Shown one piece after another: positions 29,552-43,424 of a stretch of 64,000 bases of DNA. The translations under genes and the position numbers were made by a program. This DNA is from Octopus vulgaris (lineage: Eukaryota), in assembly GCA_951406725.2 (NCBI GenBank), contig OX597815.1, forward strand, positions 63,054,001 to 63,118,000, given 5' to 3'. Within the stretch, counting starts at the first letter, position 1; each line of letters opens with the position of its first letter. The notes under the pieces were generated by a model. It did not search any database. It was not told the origin of the DNA and was given only the letters and a program-made list of their open reading frames with translations.

Positions 29552-31024
29552 GATGGCAATAGTTGTGATAGTTGCAGCAAAGAAAAAATTGTTTTAGAAA
29601 TTAAGAATTAAAAAAAAATAAATTAAAAAATAAAAACAAGGGTGAATGAGCATCACAAAACAGACAAAGAAATAAGGTGCACTATAGTAGAAAGGGAACG
29701 AAAAGTGTAAAAGGCAAAACGAAAGGAGAGAAAGAGGAAAATTTAATGTTAGAAAGGAAGATGGAGGGCAAGCGTTCATACACACACACAAACACACACA
29801 TACAAATACATACACACACACTAACACAAACATCACTTTTTAAGCTCATTTCTACAGGTTTTCTATAGAAGATATAGCCAACACTAAGAGTTACTACATT
29901 TCATATACAAATACATCTATGTAAACAATGATCGAAGGTAGAAAAATAGGTGAAGGGTGTATATGCATATTTCAAGAGTTCTTGCTCCTTCTTGAGCAAC
30001 ACATCCAAGCCACTAATCACCCCTGGACACATTACTTAAATAGCCACCTAATATAGCAGTGTAACACTTCTGAAATATCACTCAACTCTTCAGGCCAGAA
30101 TAAAATATGACTTTAGGAGGAAAACGAGAAAGAACGAGAGAAAAAAATGAAAGAAAAATGTGCGTGAGAAAAAAGCATGGCGGGAATATAGATAAGAGTT
30201 GTGCCCTTTTAGTTCATTAGAATGAAAATTAACCACAGTTTGTGTGGGTAATTCGACGGGGAAATTAAAGCTTGTGAGAATGTATGATTAATCCAGAGGT
30301 TCGTGTTCGGCAGTTCGATAGTAGAAACTTATCCAGCTGCATCTAGTAAATATTTGGGATTCAGAATTCACTTAATCATCGGAGTTTTTTTTTATCAAAA
30401 ATGGATACGTGTTCTTTTAGTTATATAAAGCCTGCGCGTTCCTAACTCATTAACGTATGGCGTGGACTACAATTCTCCACTTGGTGCGTGGATTACTGTT
30501 AGCGTTTAGCTCCTAAATATGGCTAAGCTTACATTGCGCTTTTCTTATATTTACGTTTCCAATAGAAGACTGTAGGTTAGCATACCATTTTGATATCACT
30601 ATCACATAGACCAACATACCTTTCATTTGAACTTCGCTAATTTATGGTTGTGACGTGACTTCAGCATGATAAACCACTGAGCTAGCCATGCTTGGCTGGT
30701 CGGGAGTGGGCAAGTGCCTAGGTCTCTGCAGTTTGGGAGTAAGCACTTAGCGTGACTTGAGAGAAATAATATTTTTAATATTGGGCAGCGGCTGTAAAAG
30801 ACATTTACTGAACGTCTATTACACGTTTTTGCACCAATGGCTATCCGGAAAATGCTTATCTATCGGGGCAGAGAATTTTCTACCTACGTTTGTTTTATCA
30901 CACAAAGAGAAAGTGGTGGGAGGGTCCATATAATCTTCCTAGGTCTATCCTTAGGCTTCATATATTTTAACAGTGATTTAGGCCATCTTCTTCATGAAGT
31001 CACTATTTGCATAGATTCCACATA

Positions 31025-31391
31025 ATGGGCAAGAAGGTAATAGGTAAAACATTACTTACTTCGAAGCCCCTTGGTGGATCCTTCACCACAAGAACTGTTC
31101 TACCCTTAACTATCCAGTCTGGAATAATACCCTGACTGGGGCAATCTTGAAGATGTTGCAATCATCCATGTAAGACTTTCAGCTTTTTTAATCAGAACCC
31201 TTGAATAAAACATGGTCCAGTAGCTTTCCAATTGACCATCTTCCTTGCCACTTCATCCACGTTTTCTAAGGAGATGATCACTTCCCTTGCATGGGTGTTT
31301 CAGGCAGCTCCCTTTCTAACCTCTGGCAACCGAGACTCAACTTCATTGTGACTGATATGATCTGACCAAATTTTTCTCCAAAATCTAGTTA

Positions 31392-31392
<1 letters not shown>
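31025..31392 (-). mobile_element. R4/Dong-like fragment (RT N-terminal region)
   Basis: TRFWRKIWSD...KMVNWKATGP..IQGF.LKKL...IPDWIVKGRTVLVVKDP....SNVLPITFLP. Confidence 0.8.
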
Positions 31393-32012
<620 letters not shown>

Positions 32013-32159
32013 CTTTTAATATGCATATTTGTTACAATCACTTGCCGAGACACAGCCAGCGTTCTAGGGTGAGTAAAGGATAACAGATCTGACAGTATGA
32101 CAAAGTTTGGGGAGGGAGGTGGCAGGGGCGGTAGCAAAATATCATGTCATACAGCACAG

Positions 32160-32402
32160 ACATCTAAACTGATGGGCTTTTTCTCCAAATATGAGCAGTA
32201 TTTGTCTGCACAATCTTTTGGATTTCTCTGACATATGGTTCTCCTGGGATCTTATCGGAATTTTTCTGACATTCCTTTTTTATCATACCTTGAGCATTTA
32301 CAATAACAGAAACAGTTCTAATTTTAAGATGCCATGTCTTTTGCATTTCAATTTCCAGGTCTTATGTTTACTTAAGTTGTAACATTCCTTTACATATTTA
32401 TT

Positions 32403-32405
<3 letters not shown>
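32160..32405 (-). mobile_element. R4/Dong-like 3' end fragment
   Basis: KHKTWKLKC.. / WHLKIRTVSVIVNAQGMIKK...KIPGEP..REIQKIVQTNTAHI. Confidence 0.75.
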
Positions 32406-32488
<83 letters not shown>

Positions 32489-32490
<2 letters not shown>

Positions 32491-32829
32491 GTGAGAGAGC
32501 AGTGCATGCCATCAAAGTGACACTGGGGTAAAATATACGAAGCCCAGTATACCCATCATGACTACCCGTCTGATAAGGGTACACTAGGCACATGCATCAC
32601 AACTATATGTGTGCGACATGGTGATCTCATATCAATATAAACAGCGCATGACCTTGCAGGTGGGGCCCAGTTAGAATTTTTTTCTGGTCGAGTAGCCCAT
32701 CCCGCTCAAAAGGTCCCTGAATAAGGGTTGTTTAAGGATGTTGAACGAAACACCCCTGTTTCCAAAGGTGAATTATTCAAACCCCAAAGAATCCCTCTCA
32801 ACACATGGCTATGATGCTCCCCCACTACT
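32489..32829. mobile_element. Non-coding dispersed repeat inserted in (TAA)n
   Basis: 340-bp block flanked by (ATT)n on both sides; partial inverted relative at 10590-10920. Confidence 0.7.
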
Positions 32830-32851
32830 ACTATTATTATTATTATTATTA

Positions 32852-32919
<68 letters not shown>

Positions 32920-33094
32920 GTTGTTGTTGTTGTTGTTGTTGTTATTACTATTATTATTATCATTATTATTATTTTCCTTCTTTCTTCAAATTTTCTTCCA
33001 TTTCTCGGCGAGTGTTTTCCGTACACCTAGGGCAGAGAAGCTCATTGAACGCACTCCCAGATTACACGCATAAATTCACAGGTAAAATATGTAT

Positions 33095-33840
33095 TTAAAA
33101 AGTTAATAAATAAATAAATTCATGAATGGATGTTGTTTCCACAGCGATAATGCTCTTCTCAGTACATGAGTCGTTCCAGTTAACACGATTTTTTGCAATT
33201 CCTGTGGGGATGGTAAGCCTGGTATTATTTTCAAATAGATTCCAGTGCCTTTTTTTTATCACTCCTAGAGATCCTACAACCACTGGTGCTGTAGTCGCCT
33301 TGAGATGCCACATTTTTTCAATTTCTATTAGCAAGTCTTTATATTTACTGATCTTGTCAAATTCTTTCAACGCTATATTGTGATCGGAAGGAGTACTGAT
33401 GTCAATTAATAAACACACTTACTTTTTTGTCTGATCTTTTATAATAATATCCGATTTATTAGCTTTTATAGTTTTGTCGGTATGTACGGGAAAGTCCCAG
33501 AGAATTGACACATTCTGTCCCTCAGTCACAGCTTCAGGATGGTGTTTATACCATTTATCAGTAGTTTTGATTTTATAATGCCGACATATTGTCCAGTGTA
33601 AATACTGACCAACTCTGTCATGTCTTGCTTTATATTCTACGGGTACTAAAACTCTACACCCTGAGATTAAGTGGCCTATAGTTACAGAATCGGCATTTTG
33701 GGTCAGCTCCATTCTTTATCACATTGGCTTGGTAGTTCCGGGTTAACAAACTTTGGTCTTGAGCAGCTAATATGAAACCTTCACTCTCTGCTTTTACTCC
33801 TGAGCTTTGTAACTATTGATGCATGTGTTTCTGGTCGACA
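33095..33840 (-). mobile_element. R4/Dong-like 3' fragment (CCHC plus RLE)
   Basis: HLISGC...YKARHDRVGQYLHWTICRHY...KWYKHHP...ILWDFPVHTD..IKANKSDI; LLIDISTPSD.N...EFDKISKYKDL..EIEKMW...PVVVGSLG. Confidence 0.9.
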
Positions 33841-33917
<77 letters not shown>

Positions 33918-33919
<2 letters not shown>

Positions 33920-34575
33920 TTAGTCTTATTTTCATCACGTGCTTTCACTGTACTACCGAGCGCAGCTCTGTGTACCCTGGGTATGTGCTGTGGTTTGTTG
34001 TGATGCGCTTATTGTTATTGTATTGAAAGTGCTTTATGTAGGATGTATGTGGTGCCGAGTAGTGCTATTTTCTGTATGCTATATATACTTGTTAGTCCTG
34101 GTATTTTTGTTATGTATTTGTCTGAATATTTTTATCATACCTAACGCGCCTACTATGATAGGAATTGTTTCTGTTTTTAGACGCCACATTCGAGATACCT
34201 CTATTTCCAGGTTTTTGTATTTTGATAGTTTCTCCATTCTTTTTAGAGAAACGTTGTCATCTGTTGGCATTGATACATCGATTAGAAGGCATTTTTTCTT
34301 GGTGATCTCTGACAACTATATCCGGCCTATTGGCCTTAATTTCTCTATCTGTGTGTATTGGCATATCCCAGAGTATGATTGCTTTCTCATTTTCTGTGAC
34401 CTTTTCTGGCGTGTGCCCATACCATCTTCTTTCTGTTGTTATTCCATAGTGTTGGTATAGCTTCCAGTGTATGTAGATTCCAACTCTGTCGTGATTGTGA
34501 ATATATTTCTTCTCTGCCGGGATCTGGCATCCAGAGACAATATGGTTTATTGTTTCTTGCCCATTATTGTTTCTT
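33918..34575 (-). mobile_element. R4/Dong-like 3' fragment (CCHC plus RLE), tandem to the previous one
   Basis: ETINHIVSGC...HDRVG.YIHWKL...ILWDMPIHTDREIKANRPDIV; LIDVSMPTDDNV...EKLSKYKNLEIEVSRMW...PIIVGALG; (TAA)n tail. Confidence 0.9.
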
Positions 34576-34618
34576 ATGATCATTATTATTAGTATTATTA
34601 TAATTATAATTACTACTG

Positions 34619-34688
<70 letters not shown>

Positions 34689-35158
34689 CACCACCACCAC
34701 CAAATAGTAGTTGCGGATCCCCTAAAGTTTACAAGCATCATTTTGATTAGTCTATAAGTTTCCTTTTGTGAAATCTATTTCGTATTTATTTCGGGATGAT
34801 AATAACGATAATAAAATGCCAATTGCATAGAAGAGTTTCATTCTTCATTGATCTCGTCGGTGCAATATTGAATTTTAATTATTTATGATATTAAATAAGT
34901 TTTTTAGAAAAAATTAAGCAACATAAATTATTTTTTTAATGAGATATTTGTTCGTAGTCATAGGTTTTAAAACCTGAATAATTCTAAGGAAGAGAGAGAG
35001 AGAGAGGGAGCGTAATGAGTATTCTCGAAGAAAGACCAACAAGAAGTAGAATGGTAAAGGGATTCAATGTGTTTACCTTTTCTCTTTTCTTTCATCCTCA
35101 AGCTAGTGACTTTAATTGCCTTTAATTTTTCTAAAAGATTTTCTGTAAGTAAATTTTA

Positions 35159-35226
<68 letters not shown>

Positions 35227-35567
35227 CACTCATTCACTCACTCTCTTTCTCTCCATCTATTTCCTATTTCCCTCTCTCATTCTCTTTTCCTCTCCATCTT
35301 GCTATCATTCTTATTTAAAAAAATAACTATATCTATCTACTTGACATGAAAATCCCTCTGATTTAAAAAAAGAAAAAGAAAAAACGTCTGATTTATAAAA
35401 GAAACCTATCTGATTTCCCATCAATAATTAAAATTTAATATTAGTTTAATGCGATCAATTAAGGTGGAACACCTATGGGTAATTAGAGTCCTATTATCTT
35501 TGATAAGAAAATAGATTGAGCATCAATCAACAATTGAAATATTATCATCATCATCATCATTATCATT

Positions 35568-35603
<36 letters not shown>

Positions 35604-35639
35604 GTTGCTGTAGTTGTTGTTCTTGTTTTATGAAAAACC

Positions 35640-38110
35640 TCTCAGCCTATTTTGTTGGGTACGATGCAAAGTATCAACTGTCCACAGTCAGCAGACTAAG
35701 GTGACACTTATTTACTGGTCATGTTTCAAGAACCCTGCGAAGAATTCATGCAGTTCCAAGCAATGCTGATGTTCGTAGGTGTTCTACCTTCGCATTTGTA
35801 ACAATCTTTTTGAGCTATGTTGATAGTTTAGTGCTGATACTTCCAAATGCGCCAATTACTATTGGTACCACATCTGCTCTCCTCATTGACCACAACCTTC
35901 GTATTTCCCACTTCAAATCGACGTAGTTATTCGGTTTTCTTCTTTCTCTTTGATCCTGTAGTCATCGGGACATGCTATATCGATTATCATGGAAATTCTT
36001 TTATTTTTATTCACTACAACAACTACAGCAATGTCTGGTTTCCGATATCTGGTCAGATGATCACACTGAATCATTGCATTCGACAGGATTTTGCAGTTTT
36101 CATTCTCGGTGACTCTTTCTGGGGCTTTCTCATGCCCATCTTTTCTCTTTATAGGCGGCGATTCCTCAGAGCTCTCAATGGATCATATTTGCCATATTGT
36201 CATTTCATTTTTATTCGCATTGTGTCGATTTCGGGCATTCGCTAACGATGTGCCATACCGTTTCACCCCTGTCACCACACATTCTGCATTTGTCACTGTC
36301 GGTAATGTTGTCGATTCTACACTTCACATAGTTAGTCCTTAACGCTTGTTCTTGTGTTGCGCATATAAGTGTTTCTGTCTTTATCTTCAGATCACTTCCA
36401 CAGTCACCGCTATTCTTTATCTGTCTTGGTATTCGTATCTCTTACAAACTGACCAAACAGTTTTTCTCCTTCCATGGCTGTTTCTGTCTTTTCTTGTGTG
36501 TGTCCTTCTACTTTTTAATCTTTCTTTTTTTAAACAAATATCAGTTTTAATAACGCCAGACATTTTCACATGTTCCAACAATGGTTTCACGATATTTTTT
36601 ATATACCACCCTAAGCTGTTTTCTTGTTTCGATACAATCCTGGCAACTGATCGAACCTCACCCACCCTTTCTTCTGGAGAAGTACAGCCGATCGTTGTCA
36701 CTCTTAGGGAGGAAGACTCCGCGCACTGTCAATATGTTTCTTGTCTTCGTATCTATTTTCATGAGTTCTTTCTTTTGCCATTTTATGATTCCAGCTCCAT
36801 ACTGAAGTGCTGCTATCGCCCATGTATTGACTGCTTGGATTTTATTTCTTCCGGTTATTTTTGAACGCAGCACCAATCTTAGTCTTCAGAAATATTCCAT
36901 CTTAAATTGTTCTTTCATTTCCTTCTCCATGATTTCGTTGAACTCTAGTATGCCAAGGTATTTCTAACCTTCCTTTAATTTGTTTAATTAGTTTTCTATT
37001 GGTAATTCTCTCCCTGTTAGGGACTGTACCTTGCCTCTTTTCAGGTGCATGATACCACACTTCTTGAGTCCAAATTCCATTCTAATATCAGCACTAGAAC
37101 AGCTCACCAAAAGAACTCATCCTTGCCATACAGCTTCAAATCATCCTTGAGGAAGCAGTGGTTGATTGTTAGAGATTTTCTCTTTAGATGATAGCCCAGA
37201 TTAATTTTCTGAAGTACCATGGTCAGAGAGATCATGCAGAGAACAATAAGCAATGAAGATAAGTTATCACTTTCGGAAATTCCTCCCCTGATACCAAGGG
37301 TGCCAAAACTTTTTCCGTTGGATAGCAACGCAGTGTGCCACCCCACCATACTTCTCTTCAGAAAACACGTTACATTAATCGCAATTCCAAATAACTTTAG
37401 ACACTCGATGATCCACGAATGTGGACTCATCATAAGCTTTGTGATAGTCAATCCAGGCCATTCCAAAATTTGTTCTCCTTCATTTACAATCTTGCATTAC
37501 CATTTCGTCTATCAATAATTAGTCTTTGGCACCTCTGCATCTCCTACAACATTTTTGCTCATTCGGTGACATATCGTTCTAATCAAAAAATTTGTACAGT
37601 TCTTCAGTAACTTCCACATTAATTGGCCTGTAATTGTCGGCAGCATTTCCTTTTGATGCATCCTTCAGACACAACACTGTCGTCCTTTTGTCAACTTGCC
37701 CGGGATTTCTTCTCCATCGATTAATGGATTAAATTGCACTGCGATTAATTTGTAGCACCTACTGAACTTTTTTATCCAAAATCCCTGTACAGCATCAGGT
37801 CCTGCTGTTTCCCAGTTGCTTGTGTTTTAACTCATATTTCTGTAAAGCGGATATCCTCTGTTTGCTTTAGGTTGCAGAGCCTTTAAGCTTTATGTTCTTG
37901 CTTACTCCATATCTTGTCCCACAACTGTCGACTTCCATCGGTATCAGGAACTAGCGTTTCGCGCTCTATAACATCGTTAATTTCTTGATAAAATATTCTA
38001 AACAATTGGTTTTGGCAGTATTGTTTATCTGTTGTTCAAACATAGTTTTCTTGGCTTTTTTGGAAACTATGTGCTACTTCAATTGTTCGATTACAACATA
38101 CAAACCATTT
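35640..38110 (-). mobile_element. R4/Dong-like element, ~2.5-kb decayed RT-RLE region
   Basis: NWKTAGPDAVQGFWIK; PHSWIIECLKLFG...IRGGISESDNLSSLL..LCM...INHCFLKDDLKLYGK (RT5 YxDD decayed); NKIQAVNTWAI..LQYGAGIIKW...DRLYFSRRKGG; RLE end PVVIGAFG...ALLGTA. Confidence 0.92.
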
Positions 38111-38504
38111 GTATCTTCAAAATATTTCCTCACTTTTTCATCATCATCATCATCATCATCATCATCGTCGTCGTCGTCGTCGTTGTTGTTGTTGTTGCTG
38201 TTGCCTTTGTAGCTGTTTTCTACCTAGCAAGTCCACTGGACTGACTTATCTTGAATCCCAAGTCTTATAAGGTCGGTTAACAAGTTTCCTTGTCCTATAA
38301 ATGACCGAGATCATAGAATTCTCCCCAAACGCGACACCATTCCTTCACAGGGTCACTCATTTTCCACAGAGTGAACAAGAATAACGTGACATGAAATGCC
38401 CTGCTCGAGAGCTCAACCCACTGCATGGAACAGGAATGAAGCTACGGTCTTGCGACCGTGAGTGCAACACACCAATCACCAAACTACTCCTTCACATTTT
38501 CATC

Positions 38505-38725
38505 ATCTTTTATCTTTTATCTGCTTCAATCATTAGACTGTGGCCATACTGGGGCACCGCATTGAAGAATGTTTAGTCGAATGTATCGACCTCAGCACTT
38601 AATTTTATTAAGGCTGGTACTTATTCTATCAGTTTCTTTTGCCGAACTGCTACGCTATGGTGACGTAAACACACCAACACCGGTTGTCAAGCGGATGGTG
38701 GGGGAAAAATACAAATTCAAAGGCC
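38505..38725 (-). mobile_element. SINE family A, 3' half
   Basis: ttcaatcattagactgtggccatactggggcaccgc...gtacttattctatc...gccgaactgct...ccggttgtcaagcg. Confidence 0.8.
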
Positions 38726-39131
38726 CCACACACACACACACACATACATACATACATACATACATACATACATACATACATACATACATACATACATACA
38801 TACATACATACATGCATACATACATACATAAATATATACATATATATATACATATACATATACACACACACACACACGCACACACATGTATATATATATA
38901 TACACATATACATATCGATATATATGTTCCGAATTGAAAGAGGTTGCTCTTTTCCAGGGATGTATTTCATCCAAGCGTACACTAGTTTATCTCTATAGCG
39001 GTTAATTTTTCCTGGAATTAGTTAATTTGTGCTAGTATTAGTGCTTATTGATGGTTCTTCTTCGACATCAGTGCTCCAGTTGTCGTTATAGATGTTTTCG
39101 TCTATCCGATATAGAACAGAATTGAATAATA

Positions 39132-39936
39132 CAGGGTGTCCCAAAAGTCACTGATAGGTTTCAATTTTTAATAACTTCCGTACCTTTACAAATAAGTGCA
39201 TGAAATATTGATACAATATAAAAGATATAATGGAAATTAATATGTATTAGTCAAATTTTGCAACACCATTACATCACATTTGAAAAATGACATCGTTTAA
39301 ATGGCAACTATTTTTGGCTTTGAACGCTCGATCTCTTTCAAAAACTAGCACCATAACACCCTCCAGAGTTTCAGTCCCCACATCTCTGATTTCTTTATTG
39401 ATATTCTCCTTCAGCTGCACTCGGGTCTCCGGTTTGTTGGCGTAGACCCTCTCTTTCCGGTATCCCCACAAGAAAAAATTCTGGCTAGTCAAATCTGGGG
39501 AACTGAAAAGCAATTAAAAGTAGACCGCACACATGGTTCCAGCAAGATGGGACATCTGCTCATACCACTAGAGCAAAAATGCAATTGCTACGGCAGTACT
39601 TTGGAGAGAGAATAATCTCCCGCTACTCAATGTCAACTGGCCTTCATATTCCACAGACTTGACTAGCCAGGATCTTTTCTTGTGGGGATACCAGAAAGAG
39701 AAGGTTTACGTCAACAAACCGGAGACCCTGGTGCAGCTGAAGGAGAATATCAATAGAGAAATCGGAGAAGTGGGGTCTGAAATTCTAGAGGGTGTTATGG
39801 TGCAAGTTTTAGAAAGAGCACAGGCGTGCAAAGCCGAAAATGTTCTTTATTTTGTACCAAAATTTCATGTATTTATTTGTAAAGTTAAGGAGGTTATTAA
39901 AAATTGAAACCCATCAGTGACTTTTGGGACAACCTA
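39132..39936. mobile_element. Foldback derivative of a maT/rosa-like (Tc1/mariner) transposon with two inverted transposase 3' ends
   Basis: TA|cagggtgtcccaaaagtcactgat ... atcagtgacttttgggacaaccta|TA; SPDLTSQNFFLWGY.KERVY.NKPET (minus strand), and WFQQDG.SAH plus LFLWGY.KEKVY.NKPET (plus strand). Confidence 0.9.
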
Positions 39937-39940
39937 TATA

Positions 39941-40270
39941 ACATAAAGAAAATGGAAAGTGTGAACACAGAAAAATTAATTCATTTATATAATGGTCAAT
40001 TTCATGCCGTCTACGCACGATTCAATTCCCACTTTCGTTCATACTTTACAATTAAAATTGCATTATGAATTAAGAAGGACCTCTCCATCTATTAGGATGG
40101 AAATGAATATATATGAATATATGTCAATACTGTCCTGAAGAGATTTTTACCTTCTACATTCGTAAAATATAAATGAAGGTGGGAATTGAAACGTGCTTAG
40201 ATGACATGAAATTGACTATTACATAAATAAATTGAACTTTCTATGTTCACACTCACCATTTTCTTTGTGT
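39941..40270. mobile_element. 330-bp foldback with ~105-bp inverted arms (Penelope-type inverted pLTR candidate)
   Basis: Left arm acataaagaaaatggaaagtgtgaacacagaaa...cccactttcgttcatactttac matches the reverse complement of the right arm; contains a hammerhead motif. Confidence 0.75.
40128..40206 (+). ncRNA. Type I hammerhead ribozyme, core intact, helices I and III partly decayed
   Basis: uacuguc-CUGAAGA-GAUUUUUACCUUC-[20 nt]-GAAGGUGGGAAUU-GAAA-CGUGC-UUA-gaugaca; helix II is 13 contiguous pairs (4 G.U); the inverted arm preserves the GUA-GACGGCA variant. Confidence 0.7.
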
Positions 40271-40769
40271 CATATGTATATATAGTAATGACAATAATAA
40301 TCATCGGATGGAATTTATAAATATTTTAATGCATCGCTATGCGTGTTTCCACAAATCACAGGTTTCTTAAGATCATAGTCCATATTCCTGGGATAATTAT
40401 AGTGCAGTCAGTAGTATCCATGGATACCGGGTAGATTATGTCCATTCATTTATTTCTTCGGGCGAAATAGCGCTAATGGATGTTTAACTTATGGTTGTTT
40501 ATCAATTTTGACAAATGAGAATGTTGATTTGGTAAATGGGCAGTTCTGTGGGTATTTGGCGGGGAGGAGTGGAAGGTGATAGAAATTCCATCCAAGGATT
40601 ATTATTGTTATTACTATATTTATCCTACATTATATCAGCACAGCTCGGAACAACTCCAAACAAGTGGTATTGCCAGTTGGTATCATTAAGTTATAACCAG
40701 TATAATAAAACAGGAGTCTTTATATGCATACTCAAACCGTTTTCCGTAAACGAACTTAAAGGATAAATA

Positions 40770-40832
<63 letters not shown>

Positions 40833-41012
40833 ACGTACATGTATACGATGGGGTACTTTCAGTTTCCATCTGTTAAATCCACTCACATGGCTTTGTCGAG
40901 CCGAGGCTATTGTAAAAGACATTTGTCCAAGATGCCACGCTGTGGGATTGAAACCCGAACCATGTGGTTTGGAAGCAAGCTTCATATCACACAGCCACGC
41001 CTGCGCATACCT
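40770..41012 (-). mobile_element. SINE family A, 5' half
   Basis: ctttcagtttccatctgttaaatccactcac...ccaagatgccacgc...accatgtgg...cacacagccacgcctgcgc. Confidence 0.8.
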
Positions 41013-41805
41013 ATTAGTAAATAATTTGCAACTCAGTTATCTGTCGTGACCACAATGTGATACATACTTTGTAATAAACTCCATAACAGGTTGTAAAGCA
41101 TGACGTTTTCTAAGGGTTTAATAGGCCCCTAACTGCAAATCTATAATCTTGATCTCTTCTAATCTTAAATTAAATTATTGTTTTCTTCATCAATCAAAAG
41201 CAATTTCACATTGGATGTCAAAATTTTTTCTCAAAAACTTTCAACTAATCATAAGATTATCTCCTCTTATTTACATCTAATACTACCCGATTCCCTATAC
41301 ATTGTTACCCTTCAATATAAAAGAGTTACTATTTAAAATGCCATTAACATCAGAGGTAAAAACGTCACCTCTCACATGCAAGTAAAAAATCTAACATCAT
41401 ACGCTACTTGACAAATCATTCTCAAACATCTTGAATCTAATGTAGACAAATATTTATTATTTCTGTATAATAACAGCGGCCGATTAAAATGTTGGTTGGC
41501 TGGTTGGTTGGTTAATTTCTCCTGACACGCTTTTCATTGGAAAGAAAGGTGAAGAGACAATAAAAAAGAGACGTAAAGAAGTGCAGAATGAGGGGACAAA
41601 TTAGGCTTTGTGTGATAGATAGATAAATAGATAGATAGATACAGAGAGAAAAAAAAAAGAGAATGAAAGTGATTGAGTGAGTGAGTGAGTAAGTGAGTGA
41701 AAGAGAACGAGTGTGAAGAAGTGAGAGTGAGAGCGGCGTAAGTCCAGTTTGGTGCTCCAAATCTTTTGATGTTTTAGACGAAAAAAACAGCTGCGTATAC
41801 GTACG

Positions 41806-41896
<91 letters not shown>

Positions 41897-42843
41897 CATA
41901 CACATATGTATATACATATATAGATAGATATGTATATGTGTATGTATGCGTATATGTATGTGTGTATATACGCTCACATACATATATACATACCTATATA
42001 AATATAAATAAATATATGTAAATGTGTGTGTATGTATATATATATTCATATGTATATACACACGCATGTATGTAAATATACATATATATATATATATATA
42101 TATGCATGAAGCATATATATTCAAAGAAATGTTTGCGTACATGCGAGTATGTTTATGCGATACGTAGAGAGAGTGAGAAAGAAACAGGCAGACAGGCAGA
42201 GAGAACGGTTACCGAGTTAAAAACTACAGACGAATCCAAGACTTCAAAGATAAAATTGGTCGCATGAATCCAGAAAGAACAGAGAAAAATAAATAAATAA
42301 ATAAACAAATAAATAAATAAATACGGAAACAAAAGCTATGCTTCTGTACTGAACCGTTTCCTGCCTGCAACTGATTAGAATGGTTAGAGTCTTGGATTAA
42401 CTAAGCGTTTCCAAATCCTATCATTCACCGATTTGAACAAGAACTAAAGTAAAAACCAAAAATAGAGAGTGGGAGGGTGAGAGAGAGAGAGAGAAATGAG
42501 TGAAATAGAAAGGAAGGAAAAGTGTGAGTTGGTGATAGATGGAGAGGGAGAGAGAGAGGGGGGAAGAGAGACGGAGAGGAAGTGAAACGATATACTTACA
42601 CAGATATAGCTACGGTCGTCCATGTTTGTGAAACCATGTATACATACATATATACACATACAGGCGCGCGTACACACCCAGTGGCGCGCACACACACACA
42701 CACACATACACACACAGCACACACAAGCACATACGTATAGATATGTGTAAGTCTATCTTTGGTTGTACATATGTGTGTATGCATGTGTATATAGGTGTAG
42801 GCTTATACATATATGGATATATGAACACACTGCATGCAAATGA

Positions 42844-42886
<43 letters not shown>

Positions 42887-43352
42887 CATATGCATACATA
42901 TAGACGATGTATATATATGTACATATGTATATATATATATATATATATACATATATATGTGTGTATGTACATATATATACATACATATATATATACACAC
43001 ACATACATATATTAATATACGTGTATGACTACAGATGTAAAAACATATGCTTACATCCGTACTTATATGTATGTACACACACATATATATATATTGGTGG
43101 TACACGTCCAAACGCACATACTCTCACTCACATGTCAATACACACTCACAAACACATACACACACACACAAACACACACACGCACACACACATGCACACT
43201 CACAAACATATATACTAACTCACACAGGAAAATTGAAAGAGAGAGAACACGTTTGAACTCGTATTGGAAGGAAATGTACGGCTTCAAAGAGAAAACGCCC
43301 ACGTGACTTTAGTGAAGGCTGTGATAAAATGGCGCAGAATGACGATGTTTCT

Positions 43353-43424
<72 letters not shown>

